A stretch of DNA of 64,000 nucleotides from Geosiphon pyriformis uo1 (taxonomy: Eukaryota; Fungi; Glomeromycota). Below, one piece after another: positions 13,417 through 26,000 of this stretch. The translations under genes and the position numbers were made by a program. The stretch spans positions 509,696 to 573,695 of the forward strand of contig JAAOMT010000602.1 of NCBI GenBank assembly GCA_016748015.1, written 5' to 3'. Below the pieces are notes generated by a model that worked only from the letters and a program-made list of their open reading frames with translations, was not told the origin of the DNA and did not search any database. Each line of letters starts with the position of its first letter. Position 1 is the stretch's first letter.

Positions 13417-16400
13417 TTTGGTGTTTTCTGTGAGATATAATTCAACAGAGAACCAGTATCAACAATAATTATCAAAAACAGTAACAAAACCAGAAAAAAC
13501 AGGAACAAACCACTTAAGATTTATGAAAGCTTTATTTTAACACTATTAAATTTACCTAGAATTAACAAGCAATTATTGGCCAACAGAATCAACTTTCAAT
13601 TTCTATGTCAACAAAAGAATTAAATCTCATTTAAGAGACCAAAAAAATCCAAAAGCAGCACTTATTAATTTTTATAGTGAATTACTTTAAAGCACTATGC
13701 TTCTACAAAATTATTTGTTTGCACTAATAATTACAAAAATCAATAGAAAAATTGAGAAACACACCAGACAGAAATTTTCTATTACTTTTACAGACAACAA
13801 CAAAGAAAAATTACAAACATGAGCAGAAACACCAAAAAATATACAATTACTTACTTAGACAAAACCAAGAGTAGTTTTATCCATACATCTATCTTATTAT
13901 TATATGCCTAAAAGTACTATTAATATATTATTAAGAGGTGTATCATCATTAGTGAAAACACCATCAGCAAGAATAACATTTAAAAGCAAACAAGAAAGAG
14001 CCGATTTATTGAAAACTTATGGCAATTACTTTGAAAAATTCAAATCATGATTACCAATACCATCAAAATTTTAATTACTGCCATCTCAACCCAATTTCGG
14101 AGCTATCAGCTCTTGAAAAATAACCAACTCAAAAAAAGAAAAAAATGAAAATCAAGAATTTAATTATCAAAACCAGATCTTAGAAAACCCAGAAATCCAA
14201 ACTCTGATTATTCAGACCCAGCAAAACCTGAATAATTCAAACCCAGCTTTTATTGTTTTTCAAAACTTATTTCCAATAATTATAATCAATTTATCACCAG
14301 TTGCACCAATTGCAAAACCACAACAACAGCTGCAATTATTATTTTAACAATAACAACAACAATTTCAATAACTACAACTATTACTAATAATATATGCTCC
14401 TATTATCAAGTTAGAAAAGTTTACTGGTGAAGAAAACAATGTTCAAGTCTGGCTTAACAATATTACCAAAGCAATTATGGCTAATAATTGGGATAATGCC
14501 AGAGCTCTACAAATTATTTCATATTTTTTGCAAGATACTGCCAATTTATGGTATCAGAGTTTAATCAACAAACCCATTACTTTTGACAAGTTTAAAACTG
14601 AATTTTTGAGATACTTTAGCAATAATAACAGCATTAATCACTTGGCAACAACATTTACCACTATTAAATAAGGTAATATAGAAGCAGTTATTATTTATCT
14701 AGGATATTTCTATAGAAATCTACACCAAATATAAGCAATTAACACGAATTATTTTACAATGCCACAGATTTTGAACCAGTTTATCTGTGAGCTACACAGT
14801 AGTATTTTTTAGCACATATGTCTATTATATTTATAAACACTCCAAGATATAATTACTTACACCCAAGATTTTAAATTGGCTAAACTAGAAGTTAACTATA
14901 TCCAAGCCATAAATTTAATAATAAATAAATTATCTGACTTGAATTCTAAATTGAAACAATTTAATGATTCAATCAATCAGAAATTAAAAGGATACTTAGC
15001 TAGTAATCAAACAATTTATTAATCTTCACAACATTGCAAAAATTCAGAAAATTCTAACTGTATTCAATAATAGTTGTGTCTGTTATTATTAAATCAACAG
15101 TGACAACTGAAAATGCAAAATTGCTATCACTGTAGTAGACAAAATCATCTAAAAATAGATTGTCATTTCAAAAAAATAATTAACAATTGGGAAATCAATA
15201 CTAAAATTCTAATTACAGATTTCAAATTCTAAACTATATTAGTAATTAATTACCAGAACAATATCAATATTAACCATATTACACTCAAGTAATGCAGCCA
15301 ATTTATTAGCCACCAATTTATTAAACACCAATACCAGTAATTTATCAACCATCTCAGCTCCAAATTATTTATTAGCTTTAACCAAATTAAAATTAATCTC
15401 AGAATCTATCTCAAAACAGAAGTCAAAAACAAAGAACTACTTAAATCTATTAGAATTGGCAATCAGTAATGATAATATATCAACTAATCCCCAATTTAGC
15501 AGTCTAGCAATCTAAAACATAACAACCAAATTCAGGAACCAACTACACTTAAAACTCATTTCCAGAAATTGTCACACTCAATTTATTGGAAACCAATCAA
15601 GAACAAACTATACCTATTAGCAATATTTTATTAGCTACCATTACAGAAGACAAATTACTTGCTGTAATATTTTCTTTCAAGATAAAAAAATCAGTTCTTA
15701 CACTTTTATTCAGTAGAGCCATCCTTAAGACTAAATTTATTACAGTCATATATACAGATGCCAAAGTAGATAACCACTTGATCAAATTAATAGTGGTTTA
15801 GCAAACAGTATTATTACATAACAATTTATAAACCAATTAGGTTGCTGAATTGATTACATTGTCAGTGCCAGAATTATCACAGCTGATGGAACCACTAAAA
15901 CATATATTAGAGAGATTAACAACTTTTTTTTTGAAGTCAATAGCATTATCATACTTATCAAAATATTAGTAATAGAAGCCACCCAATACTAAGCTCTAAT
16001 TGGTAATAACTGGCTGTTTAAAACCAATGCTATGCTCAACTGGAATACTCAAGAATTACAACTGAGCCAGAATAGTTAGAGCATTTGGGTACCAGCCATT
16101 TGCAAATATTTTAAGACCACTACCAATAAGCAGTTATTAATTAAATTTAAGAAGAAAGAAGAAAAACCTATCTGAGAAGCTTATCAAGTCTCTTGGGCTG
16201 ACAATAAACATAACAACTTATCACTAGTATTTACATGAAAAAAAAAGGAAAAAAAAGAAAGAAAGAAATGTTTTAAGTAATTATTTCTATATATATATTA
16301 TATGCTACTATCAATCAAAGACAATTAATTTATTACTGACCCAAATTAATTTGCATCAATTGTGGCAAAAAATTATTAACAATAAGCACATACTATAGTG

Positions 16401-16671
16401 ATGATAAGGAATAGCCAATGGCAACCAAGTTTTACTGTTGGCCATATGTTTTTGAACATTTTGAATGACCAAAAAGATAAGAAAAATAGAATAACAAATC
16501 ATGTCTTGTTTGTAAAAAAACTCTGTTAGATGAAAAAATATGGAATAATATTCCTAATTTTAGAGAAATATGTAATAAATTATGTCAATACATGATTTCT
16601 ATAAGTAATTAGATAAGAAAAAAAATGCCAATAGATGCTGTTTGGAGAAAAGCTGTAAAATATTTAAACAG
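12463..16671 (+). mobile_element. Ty3/Gypsy element E, 5' part (LTR, PBS, pre-gag ORF, gag, protease, start of Cys-rich domain)
   Basis: LTR 12463-13416, PBS TTTGGTGTTTTCTGTGAG, gag NNWDNARALQIISYFLQDTA. Interrupted by a solo LTR at 16672. Confidence 0.88.
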
Positions 16672-17018
16672 TGTTATCAGAGGTTTTTGGTCTCTTTTCT
16701 TGACTGTTGTTAATGTCTGTCTGTTGCTAATTTCACATTTTCTGAAAGCAGTTGAATCTCCAATAACTAAATTTATCTTAAAATTATTTCCTATAATTTG
16801 AACTGTTAAGCTTATAAATAGAATGGCCAATTTCATGCCAGTTATTTTGTGTAGTTATATTGTAGTAAGCATCAACTCTTTCCTAAGAATTGCTTATCTG
16901 GAAGCTCACTAAAAATATGTAGTTATTTTGCTATGAAAATCAACTCTTCTACAAGAATTTTGTTTGTAGACTATCCTAATAATTATGATAAAAAAAAAAT
17001 AAAAAAATAAAAAAATGT
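16672..17018 (-). repeat. Solo LTR of C family, left part (split by element A)
   Basis: TGTTATCAGAGGTTTTTGG matches 45588 onward. Confidence 0.9.
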
Positions 17019-17903
17019 TGTTACAGATGATTATTTCTGCTGTTGAATTAAATAACAAACTCGTAACTTGGTGCTCAAAAACTACTTCTGTTGAGGCTGT
17101 TCTGAAGGTGCTGTATCTGAAGGTTTTGGTTGATTTAAAGGTTTTGGTTGAGTTCTTTGTATAATAGACAGAGATTCAATAGTGTCAATAGTAGAGATAT
17201 TTTCCAAGAGTTTTCCCAATTTCTTTTTCAGCATGGTGGCTGGATTTAGTCTGACAGTTGTGCCCTTTTGGTAAGCTATCCGATAATATATAAAAATTCT
17301 ACCCATATTTCTGGGTCTTTTACCAGACTATCCTTGACATCAATAACTCAGTGCTTAATCATTTATCAATTAGTATATAACAACAAATCAAAATAAAATA
17401 AAGAAAAAAAGAAATAAAAGAAAATAAAGAAAGCAAAGAAATAAGCCAAGGCGATTTGCAGATTAGTATCCCATCAATAGCCATAATCAAGAGCTATTGT
17501 TCCAGCGTGGTCAAGTATCAATTATTATCAACATGAAGGGTTGATAGTGGAGGAAGTGGATGGAGATATAAAATAATTATTTATTTGATGATTGCGTTTC
17601 TAGGCTAAGGATTCTGTGGTATCAATTCTCTTTTCTGTTTCTACCACTACTGCTATATATACATAATTGAGATTTCTCAATTCCTTGATTCTTCACAACA
17701 GGAATCCTGGAATTCCTGGAATTCTGTGATTTCTTTGAGAGGAATCCTGGAATTCTGGAATTCTGCAATTCTTCGTTGGGAATTCTGAAATTCCTGGAAT
17801 CCTGCAATTTCTGAGAGGAATCCTGGAATTTCACATTTACTATGTTTACTTCTGATTGGCTAATAATTATGCTAATATATTTCTTATATTTCTATGAGTA
17901 ACA
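17019..17903 (-). repeat. 3' LTR of A
   Basis: Direct repeat of 26298-27182, adjacent to the PPT. Confidence 0.95.
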
Positions 17904-17920
17904 TTATTCCCTCTTTTTTA
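17904..17920 (-). promoter_or_regulatory. Polypurine tract of A
   Basis: AAAAAAGAGGGAATAA immediately precedes the 3' LTR on the minus strand. Confidence 0.88.
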
Positions 17921-18481
17921 ATATTGAGTTCCGTTGAAATCTAACTCATGTGATTCCCCCTCTTGAAGTATTTCCTGGATTTCATTTTCGAGAATTACTT
18001 GTGTTATTTGGGTCTGTAATTCTTCAAATTGAGCATTAGTGATTTTTCCCAATTGATTACTGGTAACCAGATCCATTGCTCTGTTGAACAATATTTCTGG
18101 TTTATATTGAAATGCTGTGTGTATTCGGTATATGGCTCGGGCTTGTGTGGATAAGTTGTTCTTTCCCACAAAATATTTTAATTGTTGTAGTACTCCTTGG
18201 TCGAATAATCACTTTGTTTTATCCGTATATAGATTCTGGATATTTATGTGTTGTCCCAAATAAAAATAACAATAATTTCATGGAAATTGTTGTATCCACC
18301 AATTCCAAGTTTCTTTAGTCAACTCTTGATATAGTGACTTTTTTGTCAATTCTTTTATTGCTAATTTTACTTTTGTCATGATTTTGTCCACAGTATTTTC
18401 AGTTTTCTTTTGTGTTCTGAGTTGAAATGTCTTTCTAGTATCTTGATATCGAATGGTTTGTTGATTGATTGTAATCTCCAT
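17918..18481 (-). pseudogene. Extra 3' ORF of A (unknown function, ~185 aa, frameshifted)
   Basis: ATG at 18481, with the stop abutting the PPT. Homologues exist in B (41647-42210) and C (46568-47246). Confidence 0.75.
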
Positions 18482-18601
18482 TTCCTGGTGTTAGATTAAT
18501 TAAAAGAGTTGTTGTGCTAGTGAGTGAATGTTGTCTGTAATTTCCATTTTTTTGATATTTCCTGTCACGTCTACCATGTCTTTATATATTCTTTTGATAG
18601 A

Positions 18602-19979
18602 TCAATTTAACATGTTGTTGTTGATAATAATGATTGGTTTCTGATTTTGTGAAATCTCATCTGGTTGGACTAGTATTCTCTGTACTCCTAATTGTGGAAT
18701 ATTACTGGTAGATGGTAGTGTAATGTTGTGATATAGTTTCAGTCAATCTCCATATGCTGCTTTGGTTAAAATTTTGTTATCCAATCTTAATTTGTAAGCT
18801 CTATTTCCTAGACTTTCTTCTATGTGAAATGGTCCGTTCCATTTGGGGTCAAATTTTCCACTCCATTGTTTTTCCATTTTGGTATGATGTAGTAATACTT
18901 TGTCTCCGATCTTGAATTCAACTGGTTTGTCTGGTAGTTGACTATTGTGTCTTTTTTTCTGTGTTTCTTGTGATTTCTGAATATTATCAACTGCTCTTCT
19001 TCGTTTGTTTTCCAATGTTTCCATTAAGTTATATGTTTTTTCAGCAATGTTTTTTGAAAATTTTCCTTTGTTATTGGTTCAGCTGGATATGTATTAATTT
19101 TTCTCTCTACTGGTAATGTTGCTATTCTCTCATATACTAATTCAAATGGTGTTGCTTGTGTAGTATCTTGTTTTGTTGTCCGATAAGCAAATAGTACTGA
19201 TGGTATGAACAAATCCCAATTGTTCTGGTTTTCTTGGCTGAGCTTGGCTATTGTTTCACACAATGTTCTATTGAATCTTTCTACTAATCTGTTGGTTTGT
19301 GGATGGTATGGTGATAATAATGGTCTCTTGATTCCGAATCTTTGGCTCAATTCTGTTAATGTTCTGTTCACAAAATGAGTTTTTTGGTCTGATAATAATT
19401 CTTTTGGACATCCATGTTGACAAATCAAATCCTGATGAACAAATTTGGCAATGGATTCTGCATCCGCTCTTTGAATTGCTCCTCTGGCCATTTAGTAAGA
19501 TAGTCCATAGCTACTGCTATGTATCTGTTTCCTCTGCTGGTGATTGTTAATGGTCCAACTAAATCAATTCCCATACAGTCAAATGGTTGTCCCACTTTGA
19601 TTGGTCTTAATGGTTCACTGGGTCTTGTTCTTCCTTTTCGCTGACAAGCATCACAATTTTGAACATATTGAATGATGTTTGGGTACATTAATGGCCAATA
19701 GTATCTTTTTCTAGTTCTCTTCATGGTTGTTTCTTTGTGAAAATGTCCTGCTGTTGGATTTGAGTGCATGTTGAATAATATTGTCTCTTTTTCTGGCTCC
19801 ATAATTATTCTGGTTGGTTGATCTGGATCTCTTCTATTTTTCTGATAAAGTATATTTTGGTAAGTGATGAAATATTTTGATTGGTGTTTGATACTTCTTT
19901 GTTCCATATGCGATAAATTCTCCTTGAACTGTTGAGTGTTTAGATAATGTTGCAATTGTTGATATTTTTGTATGTTCAT
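18602..19979 (-). pseudogene. Integrase of A (H2C2 Zn domain, DDE core, GPF/Y C-terminus, no chromodomain)
   Basis: Motifs HSNPTAGHF..CDAC, GIDLVGP, LLSDQ, VERFNRTL and WNGPF. It has its own ATG at 19979. Confidence 0.92.
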
Positions 19980-20042
19980 CTTTTGTTGTATTTTTCTATT
20001 GGTATTGTTTTGGTTTTATTATATTTTTGGATTGAAATGTTC

Positions 20043-23000
20043 TTAGATTTGTCTTATTTGTGATAAACTGTCAGCATTTCCATTGTCTTTTTCCTTTTTG
20101 TAATATATAGTATAATTGTATGATGCAAGTGTTATTTTCTATCTTGACTGTCTTCCATCTCTAAATTCTTGTTTTTGGAGTGATGTTAATCCCTTGTGAT
20201 CTGTGTATATTTCAAACTTCTGGCTCAAGTATTTTTTCCATTTTATGACAGCCCAGTATATTGCTAAGTGTTCTTGTTCCAGTGTTCTATAGTTCTTTTC
20301 AGCTGGTGTTAAATCTCTGCTGGCATATGCTACTGGATGTTCTCTGCTATCTGGTCCTCTCTAAGATAATACTGCTCCCAATGCTTGGCTGGATGCATCA
20401 GTGATGATGATGAATGGTTTGCTGTAATCTGAATAGATCAGTACTGAAGCTTGGATGAGCTTTTTTCTCAGAATATTAAAAGCTTCTTGTTGACTTTCTG
20501 TCCATTCATATTTCACATTTTTGTTTTGTAGTTGATTGAGTGGCTGCGCTATCTTGGAAAAGTTCTTGATAAAACAATGATAGTAGCTGGCAAATCCCAA
20601 GAATGATTTCAGTTCTGTTATATTGGTCAGCACTGGAAAGTTCTTTACTATCTCTATTTTCTCTGGATCCGTTTTGATGCCATCTTTGCTGACTATGTGT
20701 TCCAAGAATTTGAGTTCTGTCTTGCCAAAGAAGCATTTTGTCGCATTCAACTTTAGTCCTGCTCTTCTCAGTCTTTCGAATACTTGTTGAAGATAATGAA
20801 GATAATTATCAAACGTCTTTGAGAATACATTGGTGTCGTCCAAGTATACAACTACTGATTTTTACAATAAGCCAGTATAAACAATTTCCATTAGCCATTG
20901 GAAAGTTGCTGGGGCATTGGTTAAGCCAAATGGCATTACTTCAAATTCGAAATTTTTTTCTCTAGTAATAAATGCCGTCTTCTCTTTGTTAGCTGAATTC
21001 ATGGCTACTTGCCAGTAACTACTGTTCAAATCTAATGTAGAGAACCATTTGTTCACACCGAAAGCATCAAATAATTCTTGTATTCATGGAGTTGGATAAC
21101 TGTCTCCACGAGTTACACCATTGAGTTTTCTGTAGTCTACACAAAACCGGATTTTTCCATTTTTCTTATAGACAAGTACTACTGGTGACAACTATAGGCT
21201 CATTGATAGTTGAATTAGCCTGTTGTCAAGCATTCTGTTTATCTCTTGATGAATAATTTTGTGGCTGGCTGGCAGCACTCTGTATGCTCTTTGTTTGATT
21301 GGCATTGCATCTCCAGTCTTGATCTGATGCTGGATAATATTAGTTCGGCCAAACTCATTTTCGCTGGCAAAGATGTCATTAAAATTGTTGAGTAATATCT
21401 TGAGCTGCATACATTAGAGTGGATCTAAGTTTCCCATGTTCATTTGTTCCAATTGTTCTGGTTGGAGCAAATAACATTCATCTTGTCCATAGATTGTCTG
21501 TAATGTGATGTCAACATATCCACAAAGTTGTGGAAAGTCTGGAATGGAGTTTGGTGGTTGGTCTTCTATTTCTGTGGTTAGATATCCAATGGTGGTTCCT
21601 TCTGATATGTTGATGACATTACCAGTGTTGTTGTAAATAAGAATTTTTATGCTGCTATAGCTTTTGGCTAGTATGTAGAGATTGATCAACCCAATCTCTC
21701 CTGATTTACAAAGGGTTGCTTCCACTTCAAAAATCTGTTCTTGCTCCTTTTTCTTTCTTTCTATTGCTAACATGTACTGGCTGTATGGTGGAATAGAAAT
21801 AGCTTAACCAGTTGAGATAATTTCTCCTTGGCCAACAATTTTTTCTTCTGCCATGTTAACTGGTACATTTATTTTATCTGTGGATCCGAATTCCTGTATT
21901 CTCCTTGCTGTGATTCCTAATTCCTGATACTAACTGAGCTATTCTAACCAGAGGCAGGAATATTGCCTGTGCTATCTTTTCATTGGGCTCTATTACATAG
22001 GCCTTTTCTGAGTCATTTTGTAGCATAGCGATGATATTTCTTACATATCCCACATCAATTATTCCTCTTCTTATATTAATCTCTCTTTTTGCTAAACTAC
22101 TCCTAAATGCTAATTGAACCATTGTTGTTGCCAAAATTTCTAGTGCTATTTTCAGATCAATGCAGGTGCATGAATGTGGTTCCAATTTGATGGCATTTTT
22201 TCTTGAATATCTCAGATTAAATCCTGCATCAGTATTATGCACACATTCTGGCATAATACCTTCCCCATTGTTACTATACCATTTCAACTCTTGTTCCTTG
22301 AAGAGATCTGGTAGTGCAATGTATTGTTTATAGTTTAAATCAGAGTTTGTATCTGAGTTGGAATTATTGTTGTTGTTATTGCCATTTTGAACAGAGCTTG
22401 AACCATTGTTGTCATCGTCATTGTCAGAGTTTAAATCGCGATTGATTGGCGATTCTGATTCTGATGCGCAGCTGCTGATTGGTTCTTCCTCTTCTGGAAT
22501 CGTGTAGATCATGTGTGGTGGTGGATTGTAAATGAGGTCACATTCATCACAATACTGGAAGTCACAGGGAATTAGGCAGTGTTGACATAGTTGAGCATTC
22601 AACTGCTCTAACTGTTGTTCTTGTTCTTCCCTTGTGGGTGCTAATTCTTGGTAGTGTTCATGGAATTGTTCTGGATCCAGGAGGTTTATGATGAGTTCTG
22701 CATTCCAGTCAAGCTCTAAAGGCTGTGGAGGATTGTCTTTGATCGTTTTTATCTCTTCTGGTGTCACCCCTTCAATTTTGGCAAGTGCCATTTACCAAAT
22801 TTTGTCATCGTCATGTGGGCAACTGTCCAGTCACTGCATGGCTCTTCTTTAGGCTGCTTCTATTGGGGTTCCTTTCCTTACCCAGTCACTTATTAGAATC
22901 GTGTATTGACACAACACGTCACACATTTCTTCCCATCCTGGGATGTTATTCCACATTCCTTCATCTAGCAGGGTCTCCCTACAAGCAAAACAAGGTTGGT

Positions 23001-26000
23001 TATCCCATTTTCTTTGTCTCTTTGGTTGTCCGAAGTGTTTGAGTAAGCATGGATGACAGTAGAATTTTGTTGCAGTGTGGTATTCTTCATCGTCACCACA
23101 GCATGCACTCATTGATGACAATTTCTTGCCACAATCAATGCATATAAGCTTAGGTCAACAATAGGTAGATCATTGTGGAATAGTGTAGGTATTATGATAA
23201 GCAGTGATGGTTTGGGTGGTCTCTTCTTCTTTCCTTTTTCCTTTATTTTCTTTGTCCTCTTCTTATTCCCAGCTTGAAGTCGGTTCACTCTTGTCATTGT
23301 TGGTCCATGTCAGGTCATCAGTTTCTCAGATAAGTTCTTCTTTTTGTTTCCCTTTTCCCTTGTTGCTGTCGTTCCAGGAAAATATTGGTGGTAGTTTATT
23401 GTGCTCTTCATCAGTTCACAATACTTGGTAGGCTTCCCAGGTAGGCTTTTCTTTCTTCTCCTCCAGTTTAATCAATAGTTTCTCTCTTGGAGGCATTTTG
23501 AAATGGCCACACGTGGCCGAGACATGTATGTGTTTGTCCTGATACATTAGCTGGAGTTTCTGGGTGTTCCAGTCTAACGTTACATTGACTTTGGATAGCC
23601 AGTCATTACCAACAAGAGCTTGGTATTGAGTGACTTCCATTACTAGAACTTTAATGGGAGTCATAATGCCATTGACTTCAAAAGGAAACTCGTCGATTTC
23701 ACCAATTGGAGTTTTGGTCACTCCATCAGCTGTAATAATTCTGGTGCTGGCAGTTCGATCAACTCGGCAACCTAATTGATCCATAAGTTGTCGTGTGATT
23801 ATGCTGCCAGCTAATCCACTATCTAGGATGAGTTTGATGAGGTGACTATCAACTCTGGCATCTGTGTACATTGCTGTTATGGGTTTCTCTTCGAGAGCGG
23901 CTCCACTGAATAACAGTATTAGTGTGTTTTCTTCAAGTTCGAAAGGAAAAATGGCTGCTAGGGATTCGTTGCTAGAGATAATTGCTGATGGAATTGTGTT
24001 GGTAGGTACGTGCTGATTGAATTCTGTGTTGTTGGATGTGGCGTTTTCTGGGGTAACCAGAAGACTTAAATAATATTGGGAATTTGGGTTTTGGACGCGA
24101 CTGGTATCCAAATTCTGGGTGTGTGATCTTGATGATGGGTCTAGCGAACGGAGAATTGGTTGGTGAACAATCATTGCTGATCTCCAGTTTTGAGTAACTC
24201 TGGATTGAGGGTTGTCTGATGTCATTTGAGCTGGGTTCTGGGGTGGTGTTTGAATTGGTTGGGATTGATAGATGATTTGTGGCTGCGATTGATATATTAC
24301 TTGTGGCTGCAGCTGATAAATCAGAGGTTGATATACTGGTGGTTGATAGATTGGTTGTTGCGTCATTAGCAGGTAATTATTCTGATATTGGTCTTGACTT
24401 TGATTTGGATAATGATTCGGAGTTTGGAACTGGCGATCGGAGTTTTGATATTGATTTTCCAATCGTTGGTTATTTAAATGCTGGTAACAATCAATTTGGA
24501 TATGTCCTTGGTTACCACAATAGTGGCAGATACGCGTTTCCTGTTGCCACTGTTGATTGGTTGATGAAAATAGACGTGGTTGATTTTGGCCACGATTAGG
24601 ATGTCCTTGATTATTGTGTCGTTGTGGAGACTGATAAATGGTGTGATTGTCAGCTAAGTATTCTTCCAATCTCTTATTAATTGATTCACTGAACTTTTCC
24701 AATTTGGAATCCAATTCAGATGATCCATTTATTACTAGATTAACAGCTTGGGCATGGTTATCTTCTGATTCAGTAGATTCAAAATCTCTGGCACGTGTGA
24801 CTGTGTCTTGAAATGTGCCAGAATGCAACAGATATATATGTTGCAAGATGCTGCTGTGTAGGCCACAGATAAACTGGTTGAGTATCTGTGGTGCTATGAA
24901 ATAGTCGTCATCAATTGCTTGAATTTGGCGCAAGTTTCAATGGAAGCATTCCAGATAAGTGGTGACTGTTTCAGTTTCTCCTTGTTTTATAGTAGTGAAT
25001 GTATTAACTAGACGATTGATGCTATTGTTGTTGCTAAAGTATCTTAGGAATTCCACTTTGAAGGCATTGAAATCTTGTGGTTTATTAACCAAACTCTGAT
25101 ACCATAAATTGGTGGTATTCTTAAAAAAGTAGGGAATGGCTTGCATTGCTCGAGCGTCATTCCATTCATTGGCTGCGATGGCCTTTTCTACATTATTCAG
25201 CCATATTTAAGTGTTATTCTCTTCGCCAGTAAAGTTGTTGAGTTTTGTGATGGGTGCATAGACTATTGGGTCTAAGTTAAGTGGTTGTGGTGGCTGTTGA
25301 AGTAGTTGTTGGGGTGGTAGTTAAAGTGGCTGCTGTATGGGTTCAGCTATGGAATTAATCGGCAGTTGATCGATAACAATTACCGGAGATAAGTTTTGCT
25401 GATTAATTAATTCAGGGTTTTGATTTCTTGGATTTGGCGGCATTCGAATATTTGGAGTTTTGATTTCCAGATTTTCTAACTGTTGCTGAGTTTGAAGGTT
25501 CAGGGTTTCAACTTCCAGGTTTTCAGTAATCGGGTGCTGGTAAATGAATTCTTGATTCTTTGATTCTTCTTTCTCCTTTTCTGATTCTGCTGCTTCCCAT
25601 AGATCAGAGATTCCAAAATCTGATGAAGGCAGTGGTGATCGAAGTCCTGATGGGGTTGATGATCGCGAATTAAATTCCTCAAAGTATTTGCCATATGGTC
25701 CTAACAATTCTGTTTTCTTTTGTCTACTTTGGAATAGGAATCGTCCAAATGCTGATGTTGCAGTTGATGAGAACACGTCAGTTGATGATATGTTGATGGC
25801 GCTTCCAGGTGTATAGTGGTAGGATGGGTTGCTTGGGGATTCAACTCTGTTTTTCTTCCAAGCAGATGGCTGTAATTTTCTGGGTATTATTGCTGATGTT
25901 TGTAATTTTCTCTTGCCTTTACTAGCGTATGTAATTGAATATCTTTGTTGAGTGTGGTGTTCAATTTTTTTGTTGATCTCAGTAATGATGAATGCAAAAT

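Noticed and set aside
17690-17832. CRISPR-like array of palindromic repeats
   Set aside because: There are no unique spacers, the repeats lie within LTR U3 copies, and the context is eukaryotic with no cas genes.
17918-18481. env gene
   Set aside because: It is short and hydrophilic, with no signal peptide, fusion peptide or transmembrane anchor.
18602-18760. Chromodomain at the integrase C-terminus
   Set aside because: Only a short tail follows the GPF/AYKL region, with no aromatic-cage pattern.
21870-22235. Host or phage dUTPase gene
   Set aside because: It is embedded in frame within the retroelement polyprotein in five copies.
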